This document shows, one piece after another, positions 10,101 to 17,980 of a stretch of 64,000 nucleotides of DNA; within the stretch, counting starts at the first letter, position 1; each line of letters begins with the position of its first letter. Below the pieces are notes generated by a model, which ran no database searches, was not told the DNA's origin, and saw only the letters and a list, made by a program, of their open reading frames with translations. Origin of the DNA: an uncultured Gemmatimonadota bacterium (GTDB lineage Bacteria; SM23-81; DAOVCL01); assembly GCA_964626665.1 (NCBI GenBank), contig CAZVGK010000009.1:24321-88320 (forward strand). Reading direction: 5' to 3'. Made by a program: the position numbers and the translations under genes.

Positions 10101-12700
10101 ACCAAGCGGGGACCGAGACTCTACTTGGTTTTAGGGAGGTAAGAGGTGGATCTGGTTACTGTTCAATGAACTCTTTAGAAGCTGAGTTTGGCTTAGATCA
10201 CAACTATGCTTACGATCTGAAGGTCACATTCCCTGCAAGTGGTGTGGTCAGGGTTTATTCTAACCTAACCACAGGTCAAAAAATTCTCGTCTATGAGGAA
10301 AGAGCACCATTTGCCTTTTCGCTTATCTCGCCTGCAGATGGAGACACGGCTTGGAGTCTAACTCCGACGATGACCTGGCAAAGGGCTGTTGATCCTGATC
10401 CAGGTGATATCGTCACTTACACTGTTTACTACTCCGAGGATAATACTTTTGCCACCTATGATTCTCTTCCTGATGTCGGAGATACTACCTGCAGTTTACC
10501 GGAACTAACCGATGATACCGTTTACTACTGGAAGGCAAAAGGAAGGGACAATTGGGGCCTGGAGGCCTGGAGTGTTGAGACCTTCAGTTTCAATGTCTAC
10601 TTTCCGGAAGCGCCGAATGCTTTCGATTTACTATACCCTACTGATGGAGATACGATCTATGCTGGCATGGTGACACTGGATTGGGAGGAGGCAACCGAAC
10701 CCGATCCTGGAGATAGTGTCCTTTATACTCTCCATTATAGTATTTCTCCTGAATTTCATCCAGATTCTACAAATATTGTTGACAGTCTAAGTGAGAGCCA
10801 GTATCTCATAGTCTCGGGGTTACCTGACGATGCAAAGATCTATTGGAAGGTGAAGGCCTTTGATATCTTTGGTTTAGAGACCTGGAGCAAACAGATCGAT
10901 TGGAGTTTTTATGTATATACTCCGGAAGCTCCACATACCTTCAGTCTTATTTCACCAGCAGATAGAGATACAGTTTGGAGTTTCACTCCGACCTTAATCT
11001 GGCAGAGGGCCGTTGATCCTGATCCAGGTGATAGCGTCACTTATACTCTCTACTACTCCACAGATAGTGCTTTCGTTGTTCAGGATTCAGTATCCCCTCT
11101 TGCAGATACTACTTGCACATTGCCAATACTGACAGATGACTCTACTTACTACTGGAAGGTAAAGGGAACAGATAATTTTGGTTTAGAGGCCTGGAGTGTT
11201 GAGATTTTTAGTTTCAATGTTTATCTCGTTGAACCCCCTGACTCGTTCGATCTTTTCACTCCAATAGATGGTGATACGGTTTACGCAGGTATTCCAATTA
11301 GGTTAGACTGGGAGGATGCATCGGATCCTGATCCGGGAGATATTATTCTCTACGCCCTGTACTTAAGTTTAAATTCAGATTTTTCAGATTCGATGGCGAT
11401 CGATAGCCTATCAGAGAGTGAATGCACCCTCGATCAGACAAAGGCTTCAACCAAAACTCTCCAAGTTAGAAACCCCGGACGCCAAGCCCTCCCAGAAATG
11501 AAACTGGAAATGCAAGAGGTGGAGAGTAATAATGCAAGCGAATTTATTGAAAGTAGTTGGAGTATTCCTAAGAGCAACCTTGATAGCCTGTTAGCTGACA
11601 CCACCTATTATTGGAAGGTGAAAGCTTATGATAGATGGGGAACTGAGAAATGGAGTAACCAACTGAATTGGAATTTTTATGTGCAATTTAGCTCGCTTTT
11701 CATCAGGGGTGACTACGACGCAAATGGAGAGTTGGCTATGGCTGATGCCCTTGGGCTTCTAGTGTGGAAGTATCATCAGCCTGGTGGGGTTCCTCCTCCC
11801 TGTGAGGATGCTGCGGATTACGATGACAACGGGGATATTTCTATGGCCGATGCTGTAGGGCTTCTGCTCTTCAAATATCATCAGCCTGGTGGGGTTCCTC
11901 CTCCACCTCCCTATCCAGATTGCGGGCCCGATCCCACGAAAGATGGTTTGAGCTGTGACAGCTATCCTCCCTGTAATTGGCCCCCCAAGGCTACCGAGCT
12001 TGTAGTATCTTCTCTTCTGGTAAGTGTAGAGGTTGCCCCCAATGTGGTGAAGGTGGGAGATGGCTATCTTGCCAAGGATGGCTTGGTAGTTGTTCCTGTG
12101 GAGCTTACTAACAAGGCTGAGCTGAGAGGATTTGAGTTTACGGTCAACTACGATCCTGCTCTTGTTACTGCGATAGAGGTTAGAGGTGGAGATGGATATG
12201 ATTTCTTTGCTCCCTGGATAGATAATGAGGCAGGTAAGGTTACCGTTGGCTGTGTTCCTGATATGAGTATGGAGGAGCCATTTGCGGCTGGTCAGAGGGG
12301 AGTAGCTGAGATTGCCTTTAAGGCCAAGGCTGATGCCGGGTTGAAGCTATCTGATGTGGCCTTGTATGGGTCTAAGGCGGAGGCAGTGGATGCTCGTTGG
12401 GTGAATGGGGTAGTGAAGGCAGGAGCAGGGTTACCTAAGGAGTTTGCTCTGAAACAGAATTATCCCAACCCATTCAACGCTATCACCGAGATCAAGTATA
12501 CTTTGCCAAAGGGTTGTTATGTGGGACTGGAAGTCTATAACGTCTTAGGCCAGAAGGTGGCATGTTTGGTGGATAGGAAACAGAAAGCAGGATACAAGAC
12601 AGCCAGGTGGGATGCGGGGTCTCTCTCCAGTGGGGTCTACTTTTACAGGCTTCAGGCTGGGGATTTTGTGCAGATGAGGAAGATGGTGCTTTTGAAATAA
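7157..12700 (+). CDS. Giant secreted scaffold/adhesin (1847 aa): N-terminal cohesin-like, Ig/cadherin-like repeats, FG-GAP beta-propeller with ASPIC/UnbV, FN3-like repeats, dockerin-like, cohesin-like, CTD
   Basis: Seven 'AWGD.D.DGDLDLYV.N' repeats; GGSGYCSMN...EFGL ASPIC-like segment; four 'F.L..P.DG....W....DPDPGD...YYWKVK' repeats; dockerin and CTD motifs. Confidence 0.85.
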   Translation: MKTKILFVALISVMLALPLGFGKVNAQQCADSMIASNREGYTGDTGIIVPIYGKVCGLDIGGDLEDLDGVSFAMQYDTSLVVCDTILYDVSDPVYPSFHDSIPNPFFWAPYIDPSGYVTVGLAFAMLGTPDIPPGRYRMFDLVFKVKPGAPPGVTPLDIEDGVGGMRNAFTYVTTDVYPELIDGDFIVLPDSLTLIFDPLPPYRLGEGENLGVEVTAIDPNPTHFVTLSAAGLMENMSFPETSDFFFATGTFTFYPNQCQAGVYNVVFFADCDFGCHVEIPVTMTVDNINRTPRLDAGPDRAIIAGDTLTFTVTATDPDYWECGDDTLTLNATSLPGAATFVQDSDTTGIFSWVPDLADTGEYTVIFSVEDLAGTTDSEPVEITVSPHTLVIMTIPDSPPTTVNEGSALIFDVRAINSSSEHTVDLYAIYLPANANFPSETGAGSVQSTFTFNPNYCQAGSDSVVFEAHCSGNLTTTRTVYLTVNDIPKAPNIEAGGPYSAKPNHLLTFRVMAADPDLKCGDEALILSALNLPGGVTFSQDSDTTGVFNWIPVEADTGSYTVTFIVDDHTALADSDQATIKVVVYDFEDVTDDAFVGDEGRGHGVAWGDWDGDGDLDIYIVNYNEPNVLYRNNGDGTFTNVAAAAGVAHAGAGHGSAWGDFDNDGDLDLYVTNDGPNILYRNNGDGTFTDVTSTAGVGNIDWGRGTAWGDFDNDGNLDLYVVNSLSTQTSVLYRNNGDGIFTDVTSTAGVEFMGNGRGVAWGDCDSDGDLDLYVVNHWPGGSALYRNNGDGTFTNVASSAGVGNNGLGTGVAWGDYDSDGHLDLSVVNYGGYGNFLYRNNGDGTFNDVTGTAGVGLVDNGYGTAWADYDLDADLDLYVVNYQGGRKAYGINILYSNNGDETFSDATERAGVGDPGYGYGTAWGDYDDDGDLDLYVVNHDQANILYQNQTDNVDFIKVVVEGAAYLGPGFSNRDGMGAKVEVHQAGTETLLGFREVRGGSGYCSMNSLEAEFGLDHNYAYDLKVTFPASGVVRVYSNLTTGQKILVYEERAPFAFSLISPADGDTAWSLTPTMTWQRAVDPDPGDIVTYTVYYSEDNTFATYDSLPDVGDTTCSLPELTDDTVYYWKAKGRDNWGLEAWSVETFSFNVYFPEAPNAFDLLYPTDGDTIYAGMVTLDWEEATEPDPGDSVLYTLHYSISPEFHPDSTNIVDSLSESQYLIVSGLPDDAKIYWKVKAFDIFGLETWSKQIDWSFYVYTPEAPHTFSLISPADRDTVWSFTPTLIWQRAVDPDPGDSVTYTLYYSTDSAFVVQDSVSPLADTTCTLPILTDDSTYYWKVKGTDNFGLEAWSVEIFSFNVYLVEPPDSFDLFTPIDGDTVYAGIPIRLDWEDASDPDPGDIILYALYLSLNSDFSDSMAIDSLSESECTLDQTKASTKTLQVRNPGRQALPEMKLEMQEVESNNASEFIESSWSIPKSNLDSLLADTTYYWKVKAYDRWGTEKWSNQLNWNFYVQFSSLFIRGDYDANGELAMADALGLLVWKYHQPGGVPPPCEDAADYDDNGDISMADAVGLLLFKYHQPGGVPPPPPYPDCGPDPTKDGLSCDSYPPCNWPPKATELVVSSLLVSVEVAPNVVKVGDGYLAKDGLVVVPVELTNKAELRGFEFTVNYDPALVTAIEVRGGDGYDFFAPWIDNEAGKVTVGCVPDMSMEEPFAAGQRGVAEIAFKAKADAGLKLSDVALYGSKAEAVDARWVNGVVKAGAGLPKEFALKQNYPNPFNAITEIKYTLPKGCYVGLEVYNVLGQKVACLVDRKQKAGYKTARWDAGSLSSGVYFYRLQAGDFVQMRKMVLLK
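12071..12447 (+). repeat. 377-bp exact direct repeat, copy 2
   Basis: Identical to 6255-6631. Confidence 0.9.
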
Positions 12701-12722
12701 GGCCAAATGACCTCCTCGCCCC

Positions 12723-12751
12723 TTGACAATAAGGGGAAGGTAGTGTAAATT
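12723..12751 (+). promoter_or_regulatory. sigma70-type promoter inside the left end of the element
   Basis: TTGACA-17 nt-TAAATT; -35 lies within a CCCCTT...AAGGGG hairpin. Confidence 0.6.
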
Positions 12752-12778
12752 ATAGCCTATTTAAAACGGGGGGGTCTT

Positions 12779-13618
12779 ATGCAGCTTACAGAAGTAGGGC
12801 AGCGTCTGAAAGATAAAAGTCTGGACGGGCGGTTGTTATGGGAACTGGAGCATGGCTTTGAGCTCTCACCACGGGAAAGCGGATTAATTGTTGAAACAGT
12901 TCGTTCATACTACAGTCAAGCACCAAAGGCTAAAAGTGGTCGGGTGGGTTTATGGGTTGTTAAACTTGATGCCAGTGTTGGTAAGCCGCTTAATGAATTG
13001 CCAAAGGTTCAGGTATGGGTAACGCTGGATGGTGGTCAGGAGGATTTAGAGGCATACCGGTCATACGGTCATGCTGGATTACGCAGGCAAAAACTCCTTC
13101 GTATTACCGAGGAGATTGTTGATCAGTATGGTATTGCCACCCAGGAGGATTTGGCGCGTCTTTTAGGGACGAGTCTGCGCACGATCAGGCGGGATATTAC
13201 CTACCTACAAGGTCAAGGTTTACAGGTTTTAACCAGAGGGGTATACTCTGACATTGGTCCGTCATTAAGTCACAAAGTAGTTATTGTGGAGCTGTTTTTA
13301 TCTGGTTCTGTTTATACGGAGATTTGTCGGAGGACGCGTCATTCTGCAAAAGCTGTAAAGCGCTATGTCAATACCTTTGGGCGGGTAGTGGCTTTACATG
13401 AGCGGGGGATTAAGGCACCAGAGGAGCTGGCCAACTATGCGGGCATCAGCAAGAGGTTGGCCACTGAGTATCTGAATTTGTATTTCCAGGTTAGCAAGAG
13501 GGCAGCCTTTAAGGAACGCATCAAAGAGGTGTTGGAACAACTTTCATCGCGCCCCAGTTATCCAGGTGTAGATAAGACTGGTATGAAAAAAGGGGGTCTG
13601 GTGGAGGCTGGACGATGA
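12779..13618 (+). CDS. DUF1670-family protein A (HTH-containing; putative mobility protein)
   Basis: Recognised from pattern 'EEIVDQYGIATQEDLARLLGTSLRTIRRDI...TRG..SDIGPSLSHK..IV.L...G....EI.RRT.HS..AV.RY'. Confidence 0.75.
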   Translation: MQLTEVGQRLKDKSLDGRLLWELEHGFELSPRESGLIVETVRSYYSQAPKAKSGRVGLWVVKLDASVGKPLNELPKVQVWVTLDGGQEDLEAYRSYGHAGLRRQKLLRITEEIVDQYGIATQEDLARLLGTSLRTIRRDITYLQGQGLQVLTRGVYSDIGPSLSHKVVIVELFLSGSVYTEICRRTRHSAKAVKRYVNTFGRVVALHERGIKAPEELANYAGISKRLATEYLNLYFQVSKRAAFKERIKEVLEQLSSRPSYPGVDKTGMKKGGLVEAGR

Positions 13619-14496
13619 AGGGATATTATGGGGATCGTCGAGACCGTTTTGCCAGCCTGGAGAAACGGACTTTCAGAACAGCTTTGATCCATTTGTTGGA
13701 GACCGAATACAAGCTTATTGGCAGTCATCGGGTTCTGGAAGCCCTTTCAGATGATGTTGCACAGCTTCAGCAGGAGTATTTTCCCTTACGGGAGCGAATT
13801 GAAGCTGGGACAATCGCCTGGGTGACCACCAAGAAGACGGTCCGTAAGGCGAGTTACGGCAAACGCACCGAGGACTATGAAAGTGTGATGGTGTATTTAC
13901 CGTTGGTTACGCGGGGCGATTTGGATAAACGCGTTTTTGTAAAGGCGGGGACCAAGAACAGCAATTATGTGGTAAATCGGGAGCGTGATTTGGAGATCAT
14001 GGCCCGTTTGGTAAAGTCGGCCTGGGATCAGGGTGGTATGATTTCCCAGGCGGAGCTATGCGTACTGATGAATCGCAGCTTGACGACGATAGGTAAGTAC
14101 ATAGCGGAGTATGAGGCCAGACATCCGGATGACCCCTTACCGTTAAAGGGGTACATCCTTGATCAAGGCAGTCGCCCAACGCACAAAGGCATCATCCTGA
14201 ACCTTTATGAGCAGGGTATAGATCCGACTGAAATTGCGCAACGCACAAACCACGGACTCGATGCGGTTGATCGCTATATCAAAGCGTATGAGCGGGTAAA
14301 GGGTCTTTATAAGAAGGGACTGGATCGTGCTGAGATTAAGAAAGTGACCGGTTTGAGTTTGAAGGTGATTGACGCATATTTGAGCATAGTGAAACACTTT
14401 CATCCATCGGAGGGTAAACCTGATGTGCTTCTGGCAAAAAAAAGACCCTCAAAAGCAAAACCCTCTCAAAAAAAGCGTATAGGTCATTTGGCCTGA
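13615..14496 (+). CDS. DUF1670-family protein B, paralog of A
   Basis: 'AWDQGGMISQAEL...P.KG...DQG..PTHK.II..LY..G....EIA.RT.H...AVDRY'; ATGA overlap with A; stop codon overlaps right IR. Confidence 0.75.
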   Translation: MKGYYGDRRDRFASLEKRTFRTALIHLLETEYKLIGSHRVLEALSDDVAQLQQEYFPLRERIEAGTIAWVTTKKTVRKASYGKRTEDYESVMVYLPLVTRGDLDKRVFVKAGTKNSNYVVNRERDLEIMARLVKSAWDQGGMISQAELCVLMNRSLTTIGKYIAEYEARHPDDPLPLKGYILDQGSRPTHKGIILNLYEQGIDPTEIAQRTNHGLDAVDRYIKAYERVKGLYKKGLDRAEIKKVTGLSLKVIDAYLSIVKHFHPSEGKPDVLLAKKRPSKAKPSQKKRIGHLA

Positions 14497-14769
14497 TAGG
14501 AAGTAGGCTGGTGTTTCCAGCACGCAGAACCTGAGATTTGTATCTTTCTAAGCGGTTTGTTTTTACAGGAATACGAGGGGAATCTGCACCGCTGTACTAT
14601 TTTTGTTGAGTGAAATTGCTGAAGATTGATCGGAAAAATCTTGAAAAAAGCCTTTTTTCTAACATGTTTTGCCATGGCAATATTTAATCGACAGCCACTG
14701 GATGATTTTGAATTTTGTATCCATTCACCGCTCATCATCCCTGTGAGAAACAGGGGAAAGCCAAATAAG

Positions 14770-14995
14770 TGGACCAACATGGAAAATTCAGCCGAAAGGG
14801 AGCTACTATATGTCGAGCGAAACAATTTTGCCTGTGGTTTCTTAACCATCAAAGCTTTTGTTGAAAGGGGGTGAGAAGACAATGTGGGAGGTGCGTGATT
14901 TCCTTATGAGTCTGATTTTTAACTGGCCTATTGTCGGCAATCCGAAAGGTTAAGCCATACTGAGTGGTAGATTCAAGTCTTTCCGTGTTGGTCCA
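14770..14995 (+). other. Long-range hairpin-bounded segment containing a 23-codon sORF (14882-14953, MWEVRDFLMSLIFNWPIVGNPKG)
   Basis: TGGACCAACATGGAAA pairs with TTTCCGTGTTGGTCCA, followed by T-run; SD AAAGGGGGTGA at 14864-14874. Confidence 0.4.
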
Positions 14996-15120
14996 TTTTT
15001 TATGTAATTAAAGAACTGCTAAGATCAGCCCAAATATACATGATTCAATACCTGGTTTCCATCGATTTGGGTGGTTTTGGAATCGTGGAAGTAGTTGTAG
15101 AGGATGAGCAATTGTTACCT

Positions 15121-15384
15121 TTACCCAAAGAGTTTGTCCACTCCCAGAGCAATTCCAGCTCATTCAATGCTGTCACTCAGACCAAATATGCTTCGCCTAA
15201 AGATTACAAAGTCAAGTTGGGAGTTTACAACGTCTTAGGCTAAAAGGTGGCTACTTTGGTTAATGGTCACCAGAAAGCCGAATACAAGACCGTCAGGTGG
15301 GATGCGGGCTTCCTCTCCAGGGGCATTTACAGATTAAAGGCTGGTGATTTTGCGCAGATGAGGAAGATGGTTTCGCTGAAGTAA
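15121..15384 (+). pseudogene. Orphan decayed CTD
   Basis: LPKEFVHSQSNSSSFNA...VYNVLG*KVATLVNGHQKAEYKTVRWDAG...RKMVSLK*; internal TAA at 15241, NYPNPFN eroded, 6-nt deletion. Confidence 0.8.
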
Positions 15385-15589
15385 AGCCAAAATGTATGAG
15401 GAGGACTCCAAAGGGCCCTCTTCTCCTTTTAGTTGAAGACTACCTCGTTGGTTGTCTGTCCACTGGTGATTTATAATGCAAAGATAGCTAATAGCCAACC
15501 TTTGGCGCGAAATTTAAATAAGGAAGCGATTATTAAAACACTTTTCGCTGTCAGTTTTATGTTGCAAATTAAAAACTCGGGAGGGAAGA

Positions 15590-17584
15590 ATGCGTAACAA
15601 ATATTCCGTTATATTAAAGGTTCTCTTAGCCTTTTTCGTCCTTACTGTTTGGGTGAATAATGGGTTTCCTGCTGGTGAAGAGAAATCGGTAAGTTCGCCG
15701 GCAAGGGATACCATTGTTCCAGAGTATTCATATGGTTTGGGATATATTCCATTAGCAGGGAAAGTAGATAGTTCACCACTCATATCCAGCACATATACTG
15801 CTCCTTCTTCGTGGGACTGGCGTAGTGCGACATATGATAGCGTTACGGGGGATTGGACAACTATTGCTAAAAGCCAGGGTGGTTGCGGTAGTTGCTGGGA
15901 TTTTGCTGCACACGGGGCTTTAGAGGCAATCATAAATGTAAGAAGTAACAACCCTAATCTAGATTTAGACCTTTCAGAACAGTACATTCTGTCCTGCTAT
16001 AGCGGAGGTTGGGGGTGTAGCGGGTCGAATGCCTATTATGCCTACGAGTATATGTATGATCATGGGGGAGCAGTCCCAGAAACCTGCTTCCCATATTCTG
16101 CTGACGATGACATTCCATGCTCTGATAAGTGTGCAAACTGGCAAGATCTGTTTGTCCCAATTTCATACTATGGCTATAGCTCATCCCCAAGTATAAATGC
16201 CATAAAGGATTACATTTATGAATATGGGCCTCTATGCCTCGCTTTTTCTGTCTATGCTGATTTTTACACCGGAAGTTCAAGTTTCGATGAAAATGGAGTA
16301 TACCAATATGATGGTGTTAGTGAGTTAAGGGGTGGTCATCAAATAGTTGCTATTGGTTATGAAGATACCCCCGGCAATCCGAATTATGATGGTTACTGGA
16401 TTTGTAAGAACAGTTGGGGGGCAACTTGGGGTCCCTGGGGTGACGGATGCTTTGGAATAGCTTATGGCGAATGCGACATTGAACAGGAAGCCGTATATGT
16501 TGACTGTGACCCGCTAAATGGACCATTCTTTGTCCGGGGGGATTATGATGCCAATGGAGACCTAACTATGGCCGATGCCCTTGGACTTCTGGCTTGGATC
16601 TATCATCAACCTGGAGGGGTTGCTCCTGCTTGTGAGGATGCTGCCGATTATGATGATAATGGGGAAATTGTTATGGCAGATGCCTTGAGTCTTCTTCTGT
16701 TTAAGTATCATCAACCTGGAGGGGTTGCTCCTTCTCCCCCCTATCCGGACTGTGGAATAGATCCCCCAGGGGATGAGCTTGGCTGTAATAGCTATTCTCC
16801 TTGTGCGGGGGGGGGGGAGAGCAGTGTCCCATCTACTCCGATCAGCGTAGAGGATGCTCCCAATTTGGTCAAGGTGGGAGAGAGCCATTTGGAGGATGGT
16901 TTGGTGGTAGTTCCTGTGGGGCTGACCAACGAGGCCGAGCTGAGAGGGTTTGATTTCACTCTCAACTATGATCCTGCAGTTGTTACAGCGGTGAAGGTAG
17001 AAGACGGAGGTGATTGTGATTTCTTTGCTCCCTGGATAGACAATAATAAGGGTAAGGTTACCGTTGGATGTATTCCTGATCTAAGTTTGCGGAGACCATT
17101 TACGCCTGGTCAGAGGGTGGTGGCTAGGATTAGCTTACGAAACAAGTCTGATGCCAGCTTAGAGCTGTCTGATGTAGCTTTGTATGGGTTAAAAGCCCAG
17201 TTAGTGGACGCACTGTGGGTGGATGGAATAGCCAAGACTGGTGCAGGGTTACCTAACGAGTTTGCGCTCTCTCAGAACTATCCCAATCCATTTAATGCAA
17301 CAACCGTTATTCGTTATTCGTTACCCGTAGATCGTTCCTCTCGCACTACCCTCAAGAGTCTGGAAGAAGGCAGTTCACGAGCACGAGCTACGAGCCCGAT
17401 ACACGTTCGTTTGGAAGTGTTCAACATCTTAGGACAGAAGGTAAAAACGTTGGTGGATGGAAAACAAACTCCTGGCTACAAGTCGGTTAGCTGGAGTGCT
17501 CAGGATATGGCCTCTGGTGTCTACTTTTACAAGCTGACTGCTGGCGACTTTGCCTCCATCCGGAAGATGATCTTACTGAAGTGA
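15590..17584 (+). CDS. Secreted papain-like C1A cysteine protease with dockerin-like, cohesin-like and CTD modules
   Basis: WDWR...SQGGCGSCWDFA, GGHQI, CKNSWG; FVRGDYDANG dockerin; VVPVGLTN...FDFTLNYDP; CTD. Confidence 0.9.
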   Translation: MRNKYSVILKVLLAFFVLTVWVNNGFPAGEEKSVSSPARDTIVPEYSYGLGYIPLAGKVDSSPLISSTYTAPSSWDWRSATYDSVTGDWTTIAKSQGGCGSCWDFAAHGALEAIINVRSNNPNLDLDLSEQYILSCYSGGWGCSGSNAYYAYEYMYDHGGAVPETCFPYSADDDIPCSDKCANWQDLFVPISYYGYSSSPSINAIKDYIYEYGPLCLAFSVYADFYTGSSSFDENGVYQYDGVSELRGGHQIVAIGYEDTPGNPNYDGYWICKNSWGATWGPWGDGCFGIAYGECDIEQEAVYVDCDPLNGPFFVRGDYDANGDLTMADALGLLAWIYHQPGGVAPACEDAADYDDNGEIVMADALSLLLFKYHQPGGVAPSPPYPDCGIDPPGDELGCNSYSPCAGGGESSVPSTPISVEDAPNLVKVGESHLEDGLVVVPVGLTNEAELRGFDFTLNYDPAVVTAVKVEDGGDCDFFAPWIDNNKGKVTVGCIPDLSLRRPFTPGQRVVARISLRNKSDASLELSDVALYGLKAQLVDALWVDGIAKTGAGLPNEFALSQNYPNPFNATTVIRYSLPVDRSSRTTLKSLEEGSSRARATSPIHVRLEVFNILGQKVKTLVDGKQTPGYKSVSWSAQDMASGVYFYKLTAGDFASIRKMILLK

Positions 17585-17980
17585 CTATACTGTATTAGGA
17601 GGGGCTTTCTGAATTTCTTGGTCCTGTGAGTATGGTATCTCTATGAAAGATATGGCAGAATACCCCCGTTCGTGAGCGGGGGATGAATGCCATCCGCTTC
17701 GGGGATTGCAGGGGGCAGTTCCACCTGCCCCAGGAGTGCCAGTGTTGAGTTGTGCCGAAGTCGGTAGCTCGATGGGGCTTCATTTTCTTGTCAGGTGAAT
17801 TCAGTAGGTATCTTTTCAATGGTAAGGTGCATCTAACTCAGAGTCAGGATATTTGTGAAGGTGGGATGGCAAATAAAAAAACCAAGTTATTCCCAGCAAA
17901 CCAGGAGGTGATGCCTGTGGGAAGACAGAAGGGGTTTGGTTTAGCGGGCAAAAACTTTTAACTTTTTATGGGGGTAGGCA

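Larger units (their letters stand above)
12700..14494 (+). mobile_element. IS-like element with 14-bp perfect terminal inverted repeats enclosing two DUF1670-type genes
   Basis: AGGCCAAATGACCT (12700-12713) / AGGTCATTTGGCCT (14481-14494); own promoter; two coupled ORFs fill the element. Confidence 0.75.

Noticed and set aside
14484-14882. Minus-strand 132-aa ORF as a transposase remnant
   Set aside because: No recognisable motif or RBS; lies essentially outside the IRs.
14770-14995. Retron msr-msd, group I intron or tmRNA
   Set aside because: No RT gene adjacent; only P/Q-like words without R/S elements; no tRNA-like ends.
15121-15384. DGR template repeat for the 12431-12700 CTD
   Set aside because: Mismatches are not confined to adenines, there is an indel, and no reverse transcriptase is in the window.
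16806-16817. Poly-G tract as a phase-variation switch in the C1A protease
   Set aside because: The frame is intact and encodes a Gly linker; no evidence of length variation from a single sequence.
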